NCBI RefSeq assembly: GCF_009914755.1
Contig: NC_060935.1
DNA from: the human T2T-CHM13v2.0 reference genome, Homo sapiens
DNA length: 64,000 nt
Strand: one strand, 5' to 3'
Below are positions 33,420 to 47,556 of the stretch, piece by piece (positions within the stretch are counted from its first letter, which is position 1; each line of letters opens with the position of its first letter). The notes under the pieces were generated by a model. That model saw only the letters and a list, made by a program, of their open reading frames with translations. It searched no databases and was not told the origin of the DNA. The translations under genes and the position numbers were made by a program.

Positions 33420-33735
33420 TAGGAAAAGGGAAACGGGAGTGGGGAATAGGAGAAAATAGGGAGATGTAGGGCAAAGGTGCACAGTAGCCGTTATGTAGAC
33501 GATGAGTCTTGAGATCTAATGTACAACATGAGAATGATAGTTAATATTGTATTGTACTTAGGATTTTTCTAAAAAATTAGATTTTAGGTGATTTTATCAC
33601 AAAAAATGGGTAATTATGTGGGACATGTCAATTTGCTTGATTATAGCAACTATCTCTAGTCTATCTATTCTCTATCTCTGTCTACCTATGTAAACATCAT
33701 GTTGTATGCCTTAAATATATACAATAAAATTTAAA
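33420..33735 (+). mobile_element. L1MA/MB-like 3' end
   Basis: gagatctaatgtacaacatg...aacatcatgttgtatgccttaaatatatacaat. Confidence 0.75.
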
Positions 33736-35609
33736 GATGGAAATAAACATCATTGAGCACCTGTTATGTGTTAGACATCGTACCTGCCATTTTCTATGAG
33801 ACAGATGTTTCCCTAAATTTTAAATGAGGAAACACACTCAGATATATTCTATAAGTGACCTCGGTCACACAGCTGATTAGGTGGGCATTGGGATTCATAA
33901 TCTGCCTTTAAATTCCATGCTCATTTTTTTGCCTCATGCTATCTCCCCAGCACGTTGAAGCCATATACACTTTAAACAACTGCAAAGAAGAGGGGTTTGG
34001 ATGTGACCATAAAATCTGAATAGAAAAGATTATGATAAATGAAGTAAGGCTTGGTTAATCACAAAACTGAGCTTCAGTTCTCCGAACATTTAACTGAACA
34101 ACAATGAAAAATGGGTATATTACCCCAGAGAGAGAGTCCAAACTTGCAAGCATATTCTTGGAATTTGGCTGTGGAAACCAGGTTAAGATTCCATTTTTTT
34201 CCCCCAGAATGCCCAGAGGTGTTTAATGGCTCCCATAAATGTTTCTCATTCTCCACCCTCTTCCCATTTAAATTGCACAGGCTCAGCCTATGCCTTTCAG
34301 AGTCCTGACAGCCTGGAGGAACTGGGGGGATCACAAGGTGTCCAGGTGAGCTGGAGCTTTGTCTTGACTCATGACCAGGCAGCGTCATCCCCAGAAGGTA
34401 CCAGGAGGTGGGAGAGGCAGAGTTTCTGCGGTTTATTGTTCATGGATATGTTTCATCACATCACCCACACTTCCCTGGCTGCCTCTCCAGGACTTACAGT
34501 ATTACAAAGAATTCAGTATCACAAAGAAGGGCCCTGCTTTCTTTTCTACATTACTATGTCTTAAGCCCTGTCAAAAATGCTAACATTTGATAGATCTAGA
34601 TCACATTTAAAATAAGGAAGCAAAAAACTTCGGTCAAATAGCTTAAAGTATCAAGAGACGTGCCATCTCTCACAAGACGGGAAATCCAAATTGACTCTAG
34701 GTCAAGGTTTCTGAACATCAGCACTGCCGACGTTTGGGGCCAAATAATTCTTTGTAAGAATCACAGGCGGAGTGGTCTGCATGCCTCAGTCCCAACCCCA
34801 TTCCCCTGGCTAAATCCCAGTCATCTTTCAGGTTTTGTTGAATCATCATTTTGTCTGTCTGGTCTTCCCAGCTGTACTGAAGTGTGGGGTCCATGTCCTC
34901 TGGTGTGCTCCCCATGGACCCTGGATGTCCCCCACTGAGCACTGTATTGTAATCATCTGTTTACTTAGATGGTGAGGCAGGGAAGTTAGATTTAAATGCC
35001 CTGACCCATGGTCTATTCTATCTGTTGTTGTCACAGTCTAATCCCTCATTGAGTGCTGTTGTCCCCCTACATCATTCTCACCAAATTGTGACCCAGCCTC
35101 TATCTTCATACCTTAGACAATAAAGAACCTACTACCTTTCAAGACTGTCATCTTATTGCTGAATAATTGAAAGTGTATCCTAATAGTAATTCCCAATCTT
35201 TCTTCCTTTCTTGGCCCTGGTCTGCCTTTGGGGGCCACCACTTTCAGAATGACAGGTAGGTGCAAGCAGCTCACATCCCAGGCTGATGTCTCCTAACCAC
35301 TCAGTCTCTTTTGGATTCATATCTTCTTGGCCAATGAGATGTGCACCTTCATAGAATATAGACCTCTTCCTTTCTGAATGAGAAATGTGTGATGAGAAAG
35401 GCAAATCCATGAGGGAAGAATAAATCTCTTCCAAGCCTAGCCTAGGAGGTTGGGTCTGGGTCTAGGACCCTGCCCCAACTCTGCAGGAATTAGGGTATTA
35501 ACTATGTATTAATATCTGGAATCAGAAGGCCTCTGCTCCTGTCTAGGTTTTATGAAAGCTCCCAGAAACTAAGTGGAGGCAAACTCTGCATATACCTTTA
35601 AGAAGTCCA

Positions 35610-36090
<481 letters not shown>

Positions 36091-36249
36091 TCAGAACTTC
36101 TAGCACCCTGTACCCCAAACATTCAACCACTTCTCAGAAAGGAGCAGTTCCATTTACCTCTGGCCAGCAGCACCTTTACTACTTGATATGGGACTTCAGG
36201 GTCTCTCACCCTCACCGAAAAAAAGTTTGTCCTCTTGAGGGACTCTCTA

Positions 36250-36952
36250 TCTCCATTCTTATTCTCCCTAAATCATTCTTCACACTGCCATTAAAGGGAC
36301 CTTTCTGGAACACAGATCTGATCCTGTTATTCCCCTACTTTTATAAAGCCCTTGCATGAGTGTTCACTACCTTCAGGGTAAAATCCAAACTCCTTGAACA
36401 AGCTCCTTTCTACCATCCCTGCCCTCTTTCTGGGGCCATGGCTGAGCCCGGGAAGAGGGCTCATGGAAAAGTAATACAGGGTACATGTGGAAGGGTACAT
36501 GTGGAGAGTATGCCTTTCTACATGTACCCTGTACTACACACCCCACACATCTGGAAGTTCACCCAAAGGCCCATGCTGTCTGGGAGCATCATGCCCTCAC
36601 CTGTGCCAGTCACTCTATGTGCAGCAATGCCCATCTTCGTTACCTGGGAGAACCTTTGCTGGCCATTTAAGAATGAACTGCAGAGCCACCTTGCTTGGGA
36701 AGCATGTGTCACCTACCCACCTGACTTCATATACCCCTGGGTTGAATAAGTTGCCCATGTCCATATTCCCACTATTCATATACTTACCCCAATATAAACA
36801 ACACTTGTCACAAACTTTTACATCTACCTGTTAATCTGCTCCTTTCCCCCACTCATCTCTAAACCAGGACAATGACTAGTCTTCATTTGTATCTCTTGGC
36901 TCAGTACAGAGCCATTTAGTGGATGTTCAATATGTTGTTTGAATGAATGAAA
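36250..36952 (+). mobile_element. L2 fragments
   Basis: aacacagatctgatcctgtt...cagggtaaaatccaaactcctt; ends tgttgtttgaatgaatgaa. Confidence 0.6.
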
Positions 36953-37089
36953 GACTGGTGATAACTGAGATAATGAATAATATTCTCATTATGGCAAGTC
37001 CTGCACCCTGATTAACAATATATTAACAGCTCTTGTATATCCTCTTCCAATTTACAATAAGTTTTCAAATTGATGAACCATAGTCTAAG

Positions 37090-37262
37090 ATTGCAATGTC
37101 CAATATGATGACTGCTAGCCACATGTGCTATTTAAGTTAATTAAAATTAAATAAATTAAAATTGTATTTCCTCAGTCGTATGAACCATTAGTGGCTTCCA
37201 TATTGGATAGTGCTGATATAGAATATGCCCCTCTTCACAGAAAGTTCTATTAGACAGTGTTG
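37090..37262. mobile_element. MER3/MER33-like hAT fossil
   Basis: tgtccaatatg...ctagccacatgtg...acagaaagttctattagacagtg. Confidence 0.8.
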
Positions 37263-38299
37263 GTCAAGGACAAGGCATCTGAATTGGGGATGCAAAGTAG
37301 AGAATGCATACATCTTTGCCCTTGGGAAGGCTAACCTAGCATTCCAAGAAATCTTGTCCCCAGTATTCCCTGGATCAACTGTCCTTTTGAAGGACAGCTG
37401 ATTATGACTCATCAGATATTAGCCAAGCATGTCTATCTTACCTATGGTTCTAAATATTCATTTCTGAGTGTATGTAAATGAGCTCTCTGTTATGATAAAC
37501 AATCATTTTTAAATTCCTTGCTCCTCAAAATTATTCTTTTTTTTTAAAAAAATAATTGCCATATGGCTCACTGATTAACAAGGATGTTAAGAGACTTAAT
37601 TAATGCTTGTTTGGAGCTTTGCCTGTCAGGGTTGTTATTAGAGGATCCATTGAGATTCTGCTCATAATAAAAAGTTTGCTGGAAAACCCTACTTTATTCA
37701 AATAGGGGCACACAGACAACAAGAAGAATTCCCTAGTCCATTTTATTTTATCACTTAACTGTATTGGGTGTTTCTTGAGCATGCGCCATGTGTTTGCAGT
37801 GAATGGCAGAAGGAAAATGTGCTTCTGGAGGTTCCTGTGGGAGACTTGCCATTGCTTCCTAGTATGGAAGCCCTGGCATCCATCAAAATTGCTATCACTG
37901 GAAGTGAAGCTATAAGGAAATGAGATGGAGATGTGGATGGTATTGGCTGGTGGCTCAGACTGTTCTTATTTTGGTGCGTCAACTTAACCCTGGCTGTTAG
38001 CTGTATGGGTCCAGAACTGATTAAGCCCATATACCCAAAGGAGTTGAATCGTCATCATCATCATCACTATCATAATAATAATCATATTTCTAACACTTAG
38101 TATTACTATGTGCCAAGCACTGCTCTAAGTTCTTTATATATATTATCCCCATTAATTAATTTCTTGGGACGGACTCTTGCCAAATCAGAATTCCTAAGTA
38201 TTCTCAAGTGTTATAGCATGTTCCTGTGACTAGTATTTGAATATGTTCTGGAATCGGATTACTTTGTAAACCTGATTTAGAAGCCCAGTGGTTGCTCAG

Positions 38300-38810
38300 T
38301 GGGCACTGCCGTAGTGGATATCCATGGAATATCTAATCTAGTACCCCTACCTCACCCTGTGCAATTTATATAGCTCCTCAGGGAGTTGCTGAATTCTTTC
38401 ATTTGCTCCACCTTCTAGACACAGCTGATTGGTTCTGTGCAGACACTTAACCCAAATGGGCCAATAAGCCTCCTCCCCAGAATGATTAGCCTGGGACAGG
38501 AGAAAGGACTGTGAATCCTCCAGTGGTGCAGGTAACTCAGAAGCTATAGGTGTCTGTTTTCTCCACTATTTGAGAAAGTGTGTAGGAAGAGAGACAGAAG
38601 CCAGATGTGGCGAGAGGCAGGGAAAGTCCTAAATCATGTCCAAGCTGCTAATTCCCTAGTGTCCTGAGCCCAGCCTCATCTCTGGCCTTCTATCAGTGTG
38701 TGGTGTTCATCCCTTCCTTGGATTCCAGACAAATAAATTTCCCTTTTGACCTTAAGTTATTCAAACAGAGTTTCTTTCACTTGCAACCAAAAACATTCTG
38801 GTGAACACAG
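38300..38810 (+). mobile_element. Old MLT1 MaLR LTR
   Basis: Ends aataaatttcccttttg...tttctttcacttgcaaccaaaaacattctggtgaacaca. Confidence 0.6.
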
Positions 38811-39837
38811 TTGTCTGCAGCATAGGTTCCAAACCCCTTAGCATACCATAAAGGCCCTAGGACCCACCTTCTTCATCAGTTTCATCCCCTATCACTCTCC
38901 CTCCCTCAATTCCTGTAACACACCATGCTCTCTCTCCTAGTGACTTTCTTGTATAACTCTATTTTCTGCTCAACTAAAAGCTTAATGAGGACAGGGCTGT
39001 ATTTTGTTCATTGCTCTATTCCCAGTGACTAGCAAAGTGTCTATCATACAGTTGGTGCCCAATAAATATTTATGGAATGAATTAATGAGTCAGTACGTCA
39101 AAGGAAGTCGTATAGTCCTGAAGAACATTTCACCCAACCGTTGTGAGCCCCCGTGAAACACCCTTGCCTACAACGGGAGGATTTCTCTATGTCAAAAATA
39201 CTCTGCCTAATTTTCAGGCCCTCTTCTCTGGACAATGCTGGGTACTCACTGACAAATCTGGCCATCAGGATCCACCTTGCAAGCTTATTGCAGGCCAGCT
39301 ATCTCTATTGGCAAATCTCCGTCAGGCATAGACCATGGTTAGCTTTCAGCTACAGCCAAGTAAATGCACATAAAGATGTGAGATTCTCCAGCTTGACTGA
39401 GACTTGATAGACTTGGAACTCCTAAACTCCTTTTTACTGACTGCCTTTTACTAACTGCCCATTTTATTAACTCTTGGGACATTTCTATAGAGAGCTGATC
39501 TCATTCAATGACATTTTTATTCTTTCTAATTTCACTTGTAGAAGGTAATCTAGACTTAAAGCTGTAGGGTTTCAATGTCTGTTGTCACTCATCATTGAAA
39601 TCCCCATCTTTGAAATAACTACAGCAGCAGCAGCAACTGCACCCACCACAGTGGGGCTAGAACCCATAACAGCCCTATGCTCACACCAGCAGTAGCAGCA
39701 GCAGACTCACAGTGGAATGGAGAAGAAAAGTTCATTGCAATCTTTGTTTTCTCTTCATTATTTAAACCTGTGCAGACTCCTCTTATCGACTCCCTTCCTC
39801 TGTGTTCTCTTTTCTTCCTGTGCTCTCAAGATCACTG

Positions 39838-40217
39838 CCATGATGGTAATTTTTCGTGTCAACTTAACTGGGCCATGGGATGCCCAGATAGCTAGTGAAA
39901 CATTAACTCTGTCTCTGTGAAAGTCTTTCTGAAAGAGATTAACATTTGAATTGGTGGACTAAGTAAAGCAGATGGCCCTCCCCAGTGTGAGTGGGCATTA
40001 TCAAGTCCACTGAGGGCCTGGATAGAATGAAAACACAGAGGAAGACTGAATTTGCTCTCTGCCTCACTGCTTGAGCTGGGACAACCATCTTCTCCTGCCC
40101 CCAGTACTCCTGGTTCTTCTCAGGCCTTCAAATGACACCACCAGCTTTTCTGGGTCTCCAGCTTGCAGATGGGAAATTGTGGGACTTTTCATCCCAAATC
40201 TTTCATTCTCTCTCTGA

Positions 40218-40258
<41 letters not shown>

Positions 40259-40308
40259 GATAGATTCTCCTATTGGTTCTGTTTCTCTGGAGAACCCTGG
40301 CTAATACA
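39838..40308 (+). mobile_element. MLT2 (B/D-like) ERVL solo LTR containing (TG)n at about 40220-40252
   Basis: tgatggtaatttttcgtgtcaacttaactgggcc...ggttctgtttctctggagaaccctggctaataca. Confidence 0.88.
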
Positions 40309-40639
40309 TCTGCTAGGGTGGTATTGGAGGTTGTTGAGGATCAGAAGAGAGTAGAGGATGAGAAGAGGGAGAAAAGAGAGGTCACAAAGAAGGAAAAGTA
40401 CCTGAATCTCTCCTCTTCTCTCCTTCACTCAAGTGCTCTCTTTCCCTGTTCCCAACTCCCTCCCCGAACTCCTGCCACCTTCCCTGAGCAGCTTGGCATG
40501 TGTCTTCTGGATTCCCTAGCCCAAGTCCACCTCCAGTGTCTTGCTTTGATGGCAGATTCCTAGGCTTTGCAGCTGATAGTTTGAAGGCCTTGGCCGGCTG
40601 CCAGGGTACTCCACTTCTCATTACTTTTCTCACTGTAAT

Positions 40640-41085
40640 TCATTTCCCTGTGATTGGAGACAATTAGGATGCCAACAAATGACTGGCCCAGCCCTGTTCG
40701 GCAGTTACATAACCACAAACATGTGTGCACTGCCCATCGGAAGCAAGTGAGCTGCTAATGAGGAGGGTTAATTACAAAGTGAGGGTCACCCTAGGAACAA
40801 CCCTCACCGCATTTCATCCACTGTTGGAGAGAAGCCAGGCACCAAAGCCTTGGCTGTAAGGTTCAAAATAATTAGCAGTGGCCCTTTTGGAGAGAGAACT
40901 GCTGAGCACTGCAATTCTCAGCATGGTTGGGGGCAGAGCTCTCTAACATGTCCTGTCCCTGCGGACCTTGTAAAACAATTCCCCAAAGTTACCCCAGAAG
41001 AATCACAGGCTTTCCTGTGCCTGCTTGCTGTACTCTTCCTCCTTAGAGCCTCCTGAGTGACTCATGGCTTTGAGTCACTACTTCT
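40640..41085. promoter_or_regulatory. Candidate enhancer (AP-1 pair, RUNX, PAR-bZIP/NFIL3-like and homeodomain cores)
   Basis: TGACTCA 41058-41064, TGAGTCA 41071-41077, TTACATAA 40705-40712 overlapping AACCACA 40711-40717, several TAAT/ATTA; unique DNA. Confidence 0.5.
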
Positions 41086-44000
41086 GTTTCTTGCTTCAAG
41101 ATACTTCAATACATCCTAGGGATGTCTTAGATATTACTTAGTTCTCCCACACCTCTGAGAGGATCGTGCCCTGATGAACCACCAACTAGCCATACTTAAT
41201 GTCCTAGGATAAAACAGTGTAGGGGAAGAGGCTCCATCCAAACACAATCTGTTGACTCCAGGCTAGACCATTTTCCACAAGACATATCTGTGCTAACTTA
41301 AAGTTTTCTGTTTTCACACTTTTCTATAAAAACCTAGGCAAAAGCAGCTTTCATGATACTTTACTTTCTGCCTCTTCAACATGCCACAGTTGTGCCAGGC
41401 ATCACTTTGATATCATAAATGGGAAGACAAGTCCCAACATCAGAAGTTGAAAGAACTGGGAGAAAATATGTACTCAGAGCATGAGATGACTTGGGCACGC
41501 GGCTCAGTTAAGGCTATAAACAATGAGTCAACTGGAGGTCCACTTTGTGGTGTAAAAGCAATTCTGATTGTAGGAATCCATCAGAACTAGATTCTGCTGG
41601 CATTTCTTGAGGGTTTTCTCATATCGTATACATAGTAAAGGTCTTTTCCTCCAGTTTATTTTTGTCCATTTCTTTCTTACACATGGACAAAATGAGACTA
41701 ATACCTATATAAAGTTTTATTCTTTCTCATCTTCCAAAGCTATTTCATCCTCCAAAGTGTTTGTTATGTACTTTTGAATGAATCACAATATACCAATACC
41801 AACACATATTTTCATTATTTCATATGACTATGTCTATTTTCATCAAATGCCAAGAAATCTATTTTTCTAAAATACTATAAATGCGACTTATTAGCGGTAT
41901 TCTGATGGTCCCATCAAATTTCCCTTTCACTACTTATTTTCAGTTTACAAGATGAACTTATTGTCTTCTCCCACAAGGATAGGACCTCTGGCCTTGGAAG
42001 GAATGATTTACACATTTCAGTTATCTTTCCTCAAAACCCTTATCTGTGAGAAATTAAACCGCTACGAAATTGAGAGGAAAGGATCAGAGAGTATAAGGTA
42101 CAAGGCCAGGAGTGGCAGAGAATGGGGCTGATGGGGTAAGCAGATGCCAGACAATGACAGCTAAAGGGTTCGTATCATATCTCACAGACAAGTGGCAATA
42201 TTTAACATTTTTTCTTCAGACAAGTGATCATATTGTTCATATGCACACTGCCAAAGGAATACAGAGATTGACGCAAAATTCCCCTACTGCTAGCTCTAAA
42301 TCCCCTCTTCTATCCCCCATCAAGAAGCAGCTCACCATACAAGTGATTTAGGATAATTTTATTATAGAAATAAAATGCATCCACCATAATAGTCAAATTA
42401 TTCACGATCTTGAGGGCTTTAACTCTTGCTAGTATCAAGTTTCTGGCAATATGCAGAGATTTTTGTTTGTTTGTTTACTGGTGTACCCCCAAACACCTAC
42501 AACAATAACTGACACAGAGTAGGCGTTCAATAAATAGTTGTTGAATGGGTGGATGGATGAATCTGCCTCAGAATTGATATGACAAACAAGTGTGTCATGA
42601 CACCAGAGGCGGAGAACAACTGCGGTTAGAAAGCACATTGACACTGAAGGCTTTTCAGCGAAGGCTTGACAGGATCATATGCATGTTTCTGAAGGATCAC
42701 TCTGCCTGCTGTGTGAAGGATGGAGCGGAGAGGAAGAGCTCAGCAGTGGGGAGACCCGTTAGGGGGCCGAGGCACTGATGCATGCAGGGGATGATGAGCC
42801 TCTGAACCATGACAGTGGTGACGGGGCTGGAGAGAAAGGAAGACATTCAAGAAATATTTAATAGAACTGAACAGAACTTAATCAAAGAATGTCTTTCCTA
42901 TCAAACCTTTGAACTGGATCAATTATCAGTTCAGGACAGAACCAAAGACCAGGAATGCTCATTACAGAAATCATAGTGGCAAAGCCCAGCTGCCATTATA
43001 TGTAGGCAGAGTAGAAAGTAACCTCCATATTATTATGTCAGGAGCACATAGAGGAGCCAAAATCCAAAAATATCTATGCCACCCACTGCCTGAAATTACA
43101 CCATTAAAGCAGCACTTCTTGGTTTTAATCCTCACCCCTCCAGATGATTTTAAAACATGTTAATATGCTTGAGAAGGGGAAAAAAGAATGTTTATTGAGT
43201 TCAAAAGACACTCTGCATACATTTATTGAATCCTCACAATGACCTTGCAATTTTACTGCTAAGAGAAAAAATAAACGTCAGAGAGATACACAAGTAATAA
43301 GTGGGAAAGCTGCGATCTGAACGCAGGTTGTTGTGATTTCTTTTTTCCTGGGTGAATCCTGATGGATACCACCATTATTATTGTTACTACCACTTATTTC
43401 TATCTTGTTCTTTTTATAAATATGAGAGTAGTGGGCCTAAGGGAAGAGGAATTGGTGGAGGTTCTGAGAGTTGTGTATGTTGCAGACAAGATAGTGTAAG
43501 TTCATAGATAAGACACATGTTCAACTTCATAACTTTACCTAAGATTATGCTTATGCTGCAGGGATTAGGGGGTGGCCAGCAACAATCTGAGCCACAGACT
43601 CATGTGATCCATGGTTCTGAGCACTCTTACTCTCATGAGCCACAAGTTACCAGATCTCAGCAAACTCTCCCAGTAGAAGGTTCCTCTGGTGTTGGAATAA
43701 TGACTCAACTCAGACCAGGGAACTTAAAATGGAGACCAGAAAGAGTAGCTTTCTCCATACTTTCCCAGAATAATGGAAGGAAACTAGTTGGCCCTGACCC
43801 TGAGAGGAAAACTCCCCACATTTAGAAGTTTACTTCCCTTTTGCAGACTTCTCATTGTGTTAACTATATCTTGTCCTTCTCTTCAAGAGATTAGTGTTCT
43901 TCCACATCTGGGAAGTCCTAAGTCCCAAGTCACAGGGCCCAGAATTTTGCTTCCTTCCTTTTTTATTTCCTGGACACTTACAGCACCCAGCAGAGCTGGG

Positions 44001-44704
44001 TTAGAATATCACACTTCAGCAGCAGGAGCTACCAATCAGCCCATAATCATGCCAAACCTAAACACGAGTTAATTTCTGTTTATTAATATAAAGATGTGCC
44101 CTGGCTTACTGGTTCTTAAGTTTGAAATCTATGCCCTGAGTTTACTATCTCAGGGTATTCAACAGGGAGAAGGGAGATGGTAGAAGTTAAGCTGAGGGGA
44201 AGAAGAGCCAAGGTCAGAAGGTAGTTAGGAGGGTAGACCAGAGCTGAGTACCTTAAGGGAGAGGACAATGAGAGCTGTGTCAGAGGCAGTTGGTCAACCA
44301 CCAGGCTGAGCACCAGTGGGAGACAATGGTACATCAGACCCTCAGCTGATTCAATTTATCAGCTTTCTCAAAACTGATTGGGTCCAAGGGCTCTGCTTCA
44401 TGCTAACCAAACTCAGAAGACACTGATTGATAAATCAAATGCTGAGCCTTTAATATCCAGAGAAAAATGTAAGCGCTAACTTGTCTGGAACCCAGGTCCT
44501 CCCCTGGGCAGTGCTAGAGACAAACTGACCATATCTTGGCCTTTGGCTCTCAATTTCTCTAGGCCCTTTGAAACACTTCTCTTTGTGAGTAATACCAACA
44601 ACATACTACATGCCAATATAGCTGGTTAGGTTAAAGCTCTTTCTAGTTGTCAGAGTATAAGGAAACCTTCCTAAGACTACCCCGAATTTTCCCACAGCAG
44701 TTAC

Positions 44705-45490
44705 ATCCATCTATTCATTCTTTTAATCAATAAATACTTATTGCCTACTATATGCCCAGCAATGTGCTAGCAGCGGGGGAGGTAACTGGTAAATGAAAGA
44801 AATGTGGCCTCGGGTCTTATAAAACTTAGCTAGAGTAGGAAGACAAACTACCAACAAGGAAACAAACAAAATCACTGCAGAGTGAAGCCTGATCCCATGT
44901 GGGTGAAACCTGATTCCATGTGAATGAATCCTGGTTACCGTGAGTGAAGCCTAATTACCATGTGAGTGAAGCCTGATCCTACAGGGTGTCTGGGGGAGGG
45001 CGTGAAGGCATAGGACACTGTGAGAAAGGGTAGAGGACCTCCTTAGACAGGGTGGAAACATGACATTTAACCTCAGACCTGAAGAAGCCAATCTTACAAA
45101 GAGAGAGGGACCGTGGGGTTGGGGCAGGGATTCTGGCAGAGGTGAGGCATATGCAGGGCCTATGGGTTGGGAAACAATTCAACATGAAGATAATCAGTGT
45201 TGCTGGAGTATAATGTGCAAGAGGGAGTGTTGTGTGAGATGAAGTTGAAGAGGAGGTAGGGACAGATCATGCAGAGCCTTGTGTACTATCACAAGAAGTT
45301 TGGGTTGTATTTGAAGTGAAATGAGAGTTGTGGAAGAATTTTAAGAGGCAGAATTGTATGATATAAGTTGAGTTTTTGGAAGACCACCCTGGCTGCTGTG
45401 TGGAGAATGCATTGAGGCTCAGGCATGGAAGGTGTCAGTCTAGATAGAGAGAAGTACATTGACTTGAGAGACATTTAGGAAGAAGAATTA
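44705..45490 (-). mobile_element. L2
   Basis: ctattcattc...taaatacttattgcctactatatgcccagcaatgtgctag; gaccaccctggctgctgtgtggagaatg. Confidence 0.75.
44880..44979. repeat. Minisatellite, about 21-bp unit, about 4.8 copies
   Basis: Unit approximately gagtgaagcctgat(t/c)ccatgt repeated with variants. Confidence 0.85.
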
Positions 45491-46281
45491 TTTACAGACT
45501 TCCTTACTCACAGAATTATTACAGACTTACTGAAGGATTGTCTAATCCCATGAAAAACGTGGGAGAGAATTTCCTGTAGATTTGCATCTATGTACTACTA
45601 GAGATGCTCTCAACAAAGAATCTCTGGATCTGTTAACAACTGAAAAAGGCCAAATATCAGTTCAAACAACAATGTTAAAGACCAACTCTCTGCCATCTTA
45701 ATGTTCTTCGTATGGTTGAGCAATGCAGCACATTTTAATTTATCCTCTCAAATCATAATATTAAGGTCACTCTTTAGACACTCAGGCACAACGTTATTAA
45801 ATCCTATCCACTTATGATTATTATTGTTGCTCTTATTAAAACTTTATAGGTGTCTCCGGAGAGTATTTGAATGAACAGCAAATTTAGAGGAAATTAAATC
45901 TTACTTTCATGAAAATAAATTTTGCCTTCCAAGAACTATAATTGGATAAATTGACCATAAAGAACAATTTTCAATATTTTTTTTACTTAGCTATAATTTG
46001 TTGATTACCTACTATGTGCCAAACACTATTAAATCTTTACAATTACCCCACGAAGTGGGTGTTGCTGTTCTCACTTGAAGCCTGGGAAAATCAAGGCTCA
46101 CAGAAGACGTGGCTGGGCTAAAGTCATGAGCAGTGATCGCCACTGGGGTACACTGGACACATAGTTGTGCTCCTTTTTGCTATGCTTTTCTGAATGTGCT
46201 TGTATTTATTATTTCCTAGGGGTTATCAGCAACCTCATGCATAAATGACTTCTTTATAGGCATCAGGAAAAAAGCCTATAT

Positions 46282-46648
46282 CCCAGGAATGGCAAACTCA
46301 AATGCCTACTGGGCCCAGGCAGATGCTGTAAATTAATGTATCATCCTGTCAGAAGAAAATTAAGAGTCATAGCAACTGTGGGAAGCTGAAGGGCACAAGT
46401 CCCTTCCAAGGAGGTCAGCCCCTACTCAGCCCCACATGACTGCCACTGCTGGGAATGTGGCCCATGTGGCCAGATCTTCTGCCTTATCAAGGAAGCAAGA
46501 AATCCAGACAGATTTCCATGTAAGTTTTAAAATCTGCGACAAAACTCAAATATTCTTTAAAATACTGAGTGCCAACACCATGCAAGCTTAGCTAAATGGG
46601 TGTGTGGGCAGAATCCAGCCTACAGGCTGCCAACTGTTGACCTCTACT
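46282..46648. mobile_element. MER102-like hAT fossil
   Basis: ggcaaactcaaatgcctactgggcccaggcag...cagcctacaggctgccaactgttgacctct. Confidence 0.65.
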
Positions 46649-47556
46649 GTACAGATCATTGAAGCATTATTTATAATTTGGAAGAATTTTAACCAACCTT
46701 AATGTCCAGTGATGTGGGTTGGCTCCGATATCTGTGCTGCAACCATCTGATTAAATTTTTAAAGCTTTTAATAGTGAACAGTATGAATACCATGTAGCAC
46801 ACTAAAAAATTCTTAGGATACACAGCAGGGTAACATGCTGCTGAGATGACATTAAATTTAAAGAGCAAACTACCAAAATGATACCCAGGCAAATGTTTTA
46901 TATCTTGAACTACAGGGTGGTTACAAGAGTGAACAACTGAAAAATAATCAAGTTGTATAGATTTGGGTACTTCCCAGCATGGAATGTCATACACCAGTAA
47001 AAATAATAATAATAATAATAATAATGATTCCCGGGCTATGATTACCATTCTGCACACTTTTGAATGAATATGAACAAGAAATTTCAAGGAAGCATGGGCA
47101 AAGAAAATAATTTGATTGTGTTGGTTGTAGGGTAATAGGAGGTTCTTTTTTCCCCCTTTCCTATATGTTGGTTTCTATTACTGTTACTGCAGTACAGTAT
47201 TTCTGCGGGAGAAAAAATATTCCTCAAAATATATTATCTAAGAAGAGCAAGAGTAAAATTTAAGCTGATTTTTAAAAAAAAATCAGTAGTAATTACCTTC
47301 CCATTTTAATGCAGATTGAAAGCTCAAAAGAAGGATTCACCATTTAATGTTTGTGTCACTTTCTGCCTTTTCCCAACTGAGGCCCCCACCTGCTGCCTCA
47401 GCTCCATCCTGAGCATGTCAGAAGGGAACCTGGGAGCCCCAGTGCCCTACATGGTCACTGAGAAACATGATGCTGCCTGCCCATGGTCCCTGTGACTGGA
47501 GAGCCTCCTACAAGCCAGAGGCACTCCTGTGCCCACTGAAATACCACTGTCCCTCT

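Noticed and set aside
39090-39620. Possible LTR remnant
   Set aside because: Family and termini could not be recognised
44880-44979. Regularly spaced repeats as a CRISPR-like array
   Set aside because: Head-to-tail units without unique spacers, in a mammalian context with no cas genes
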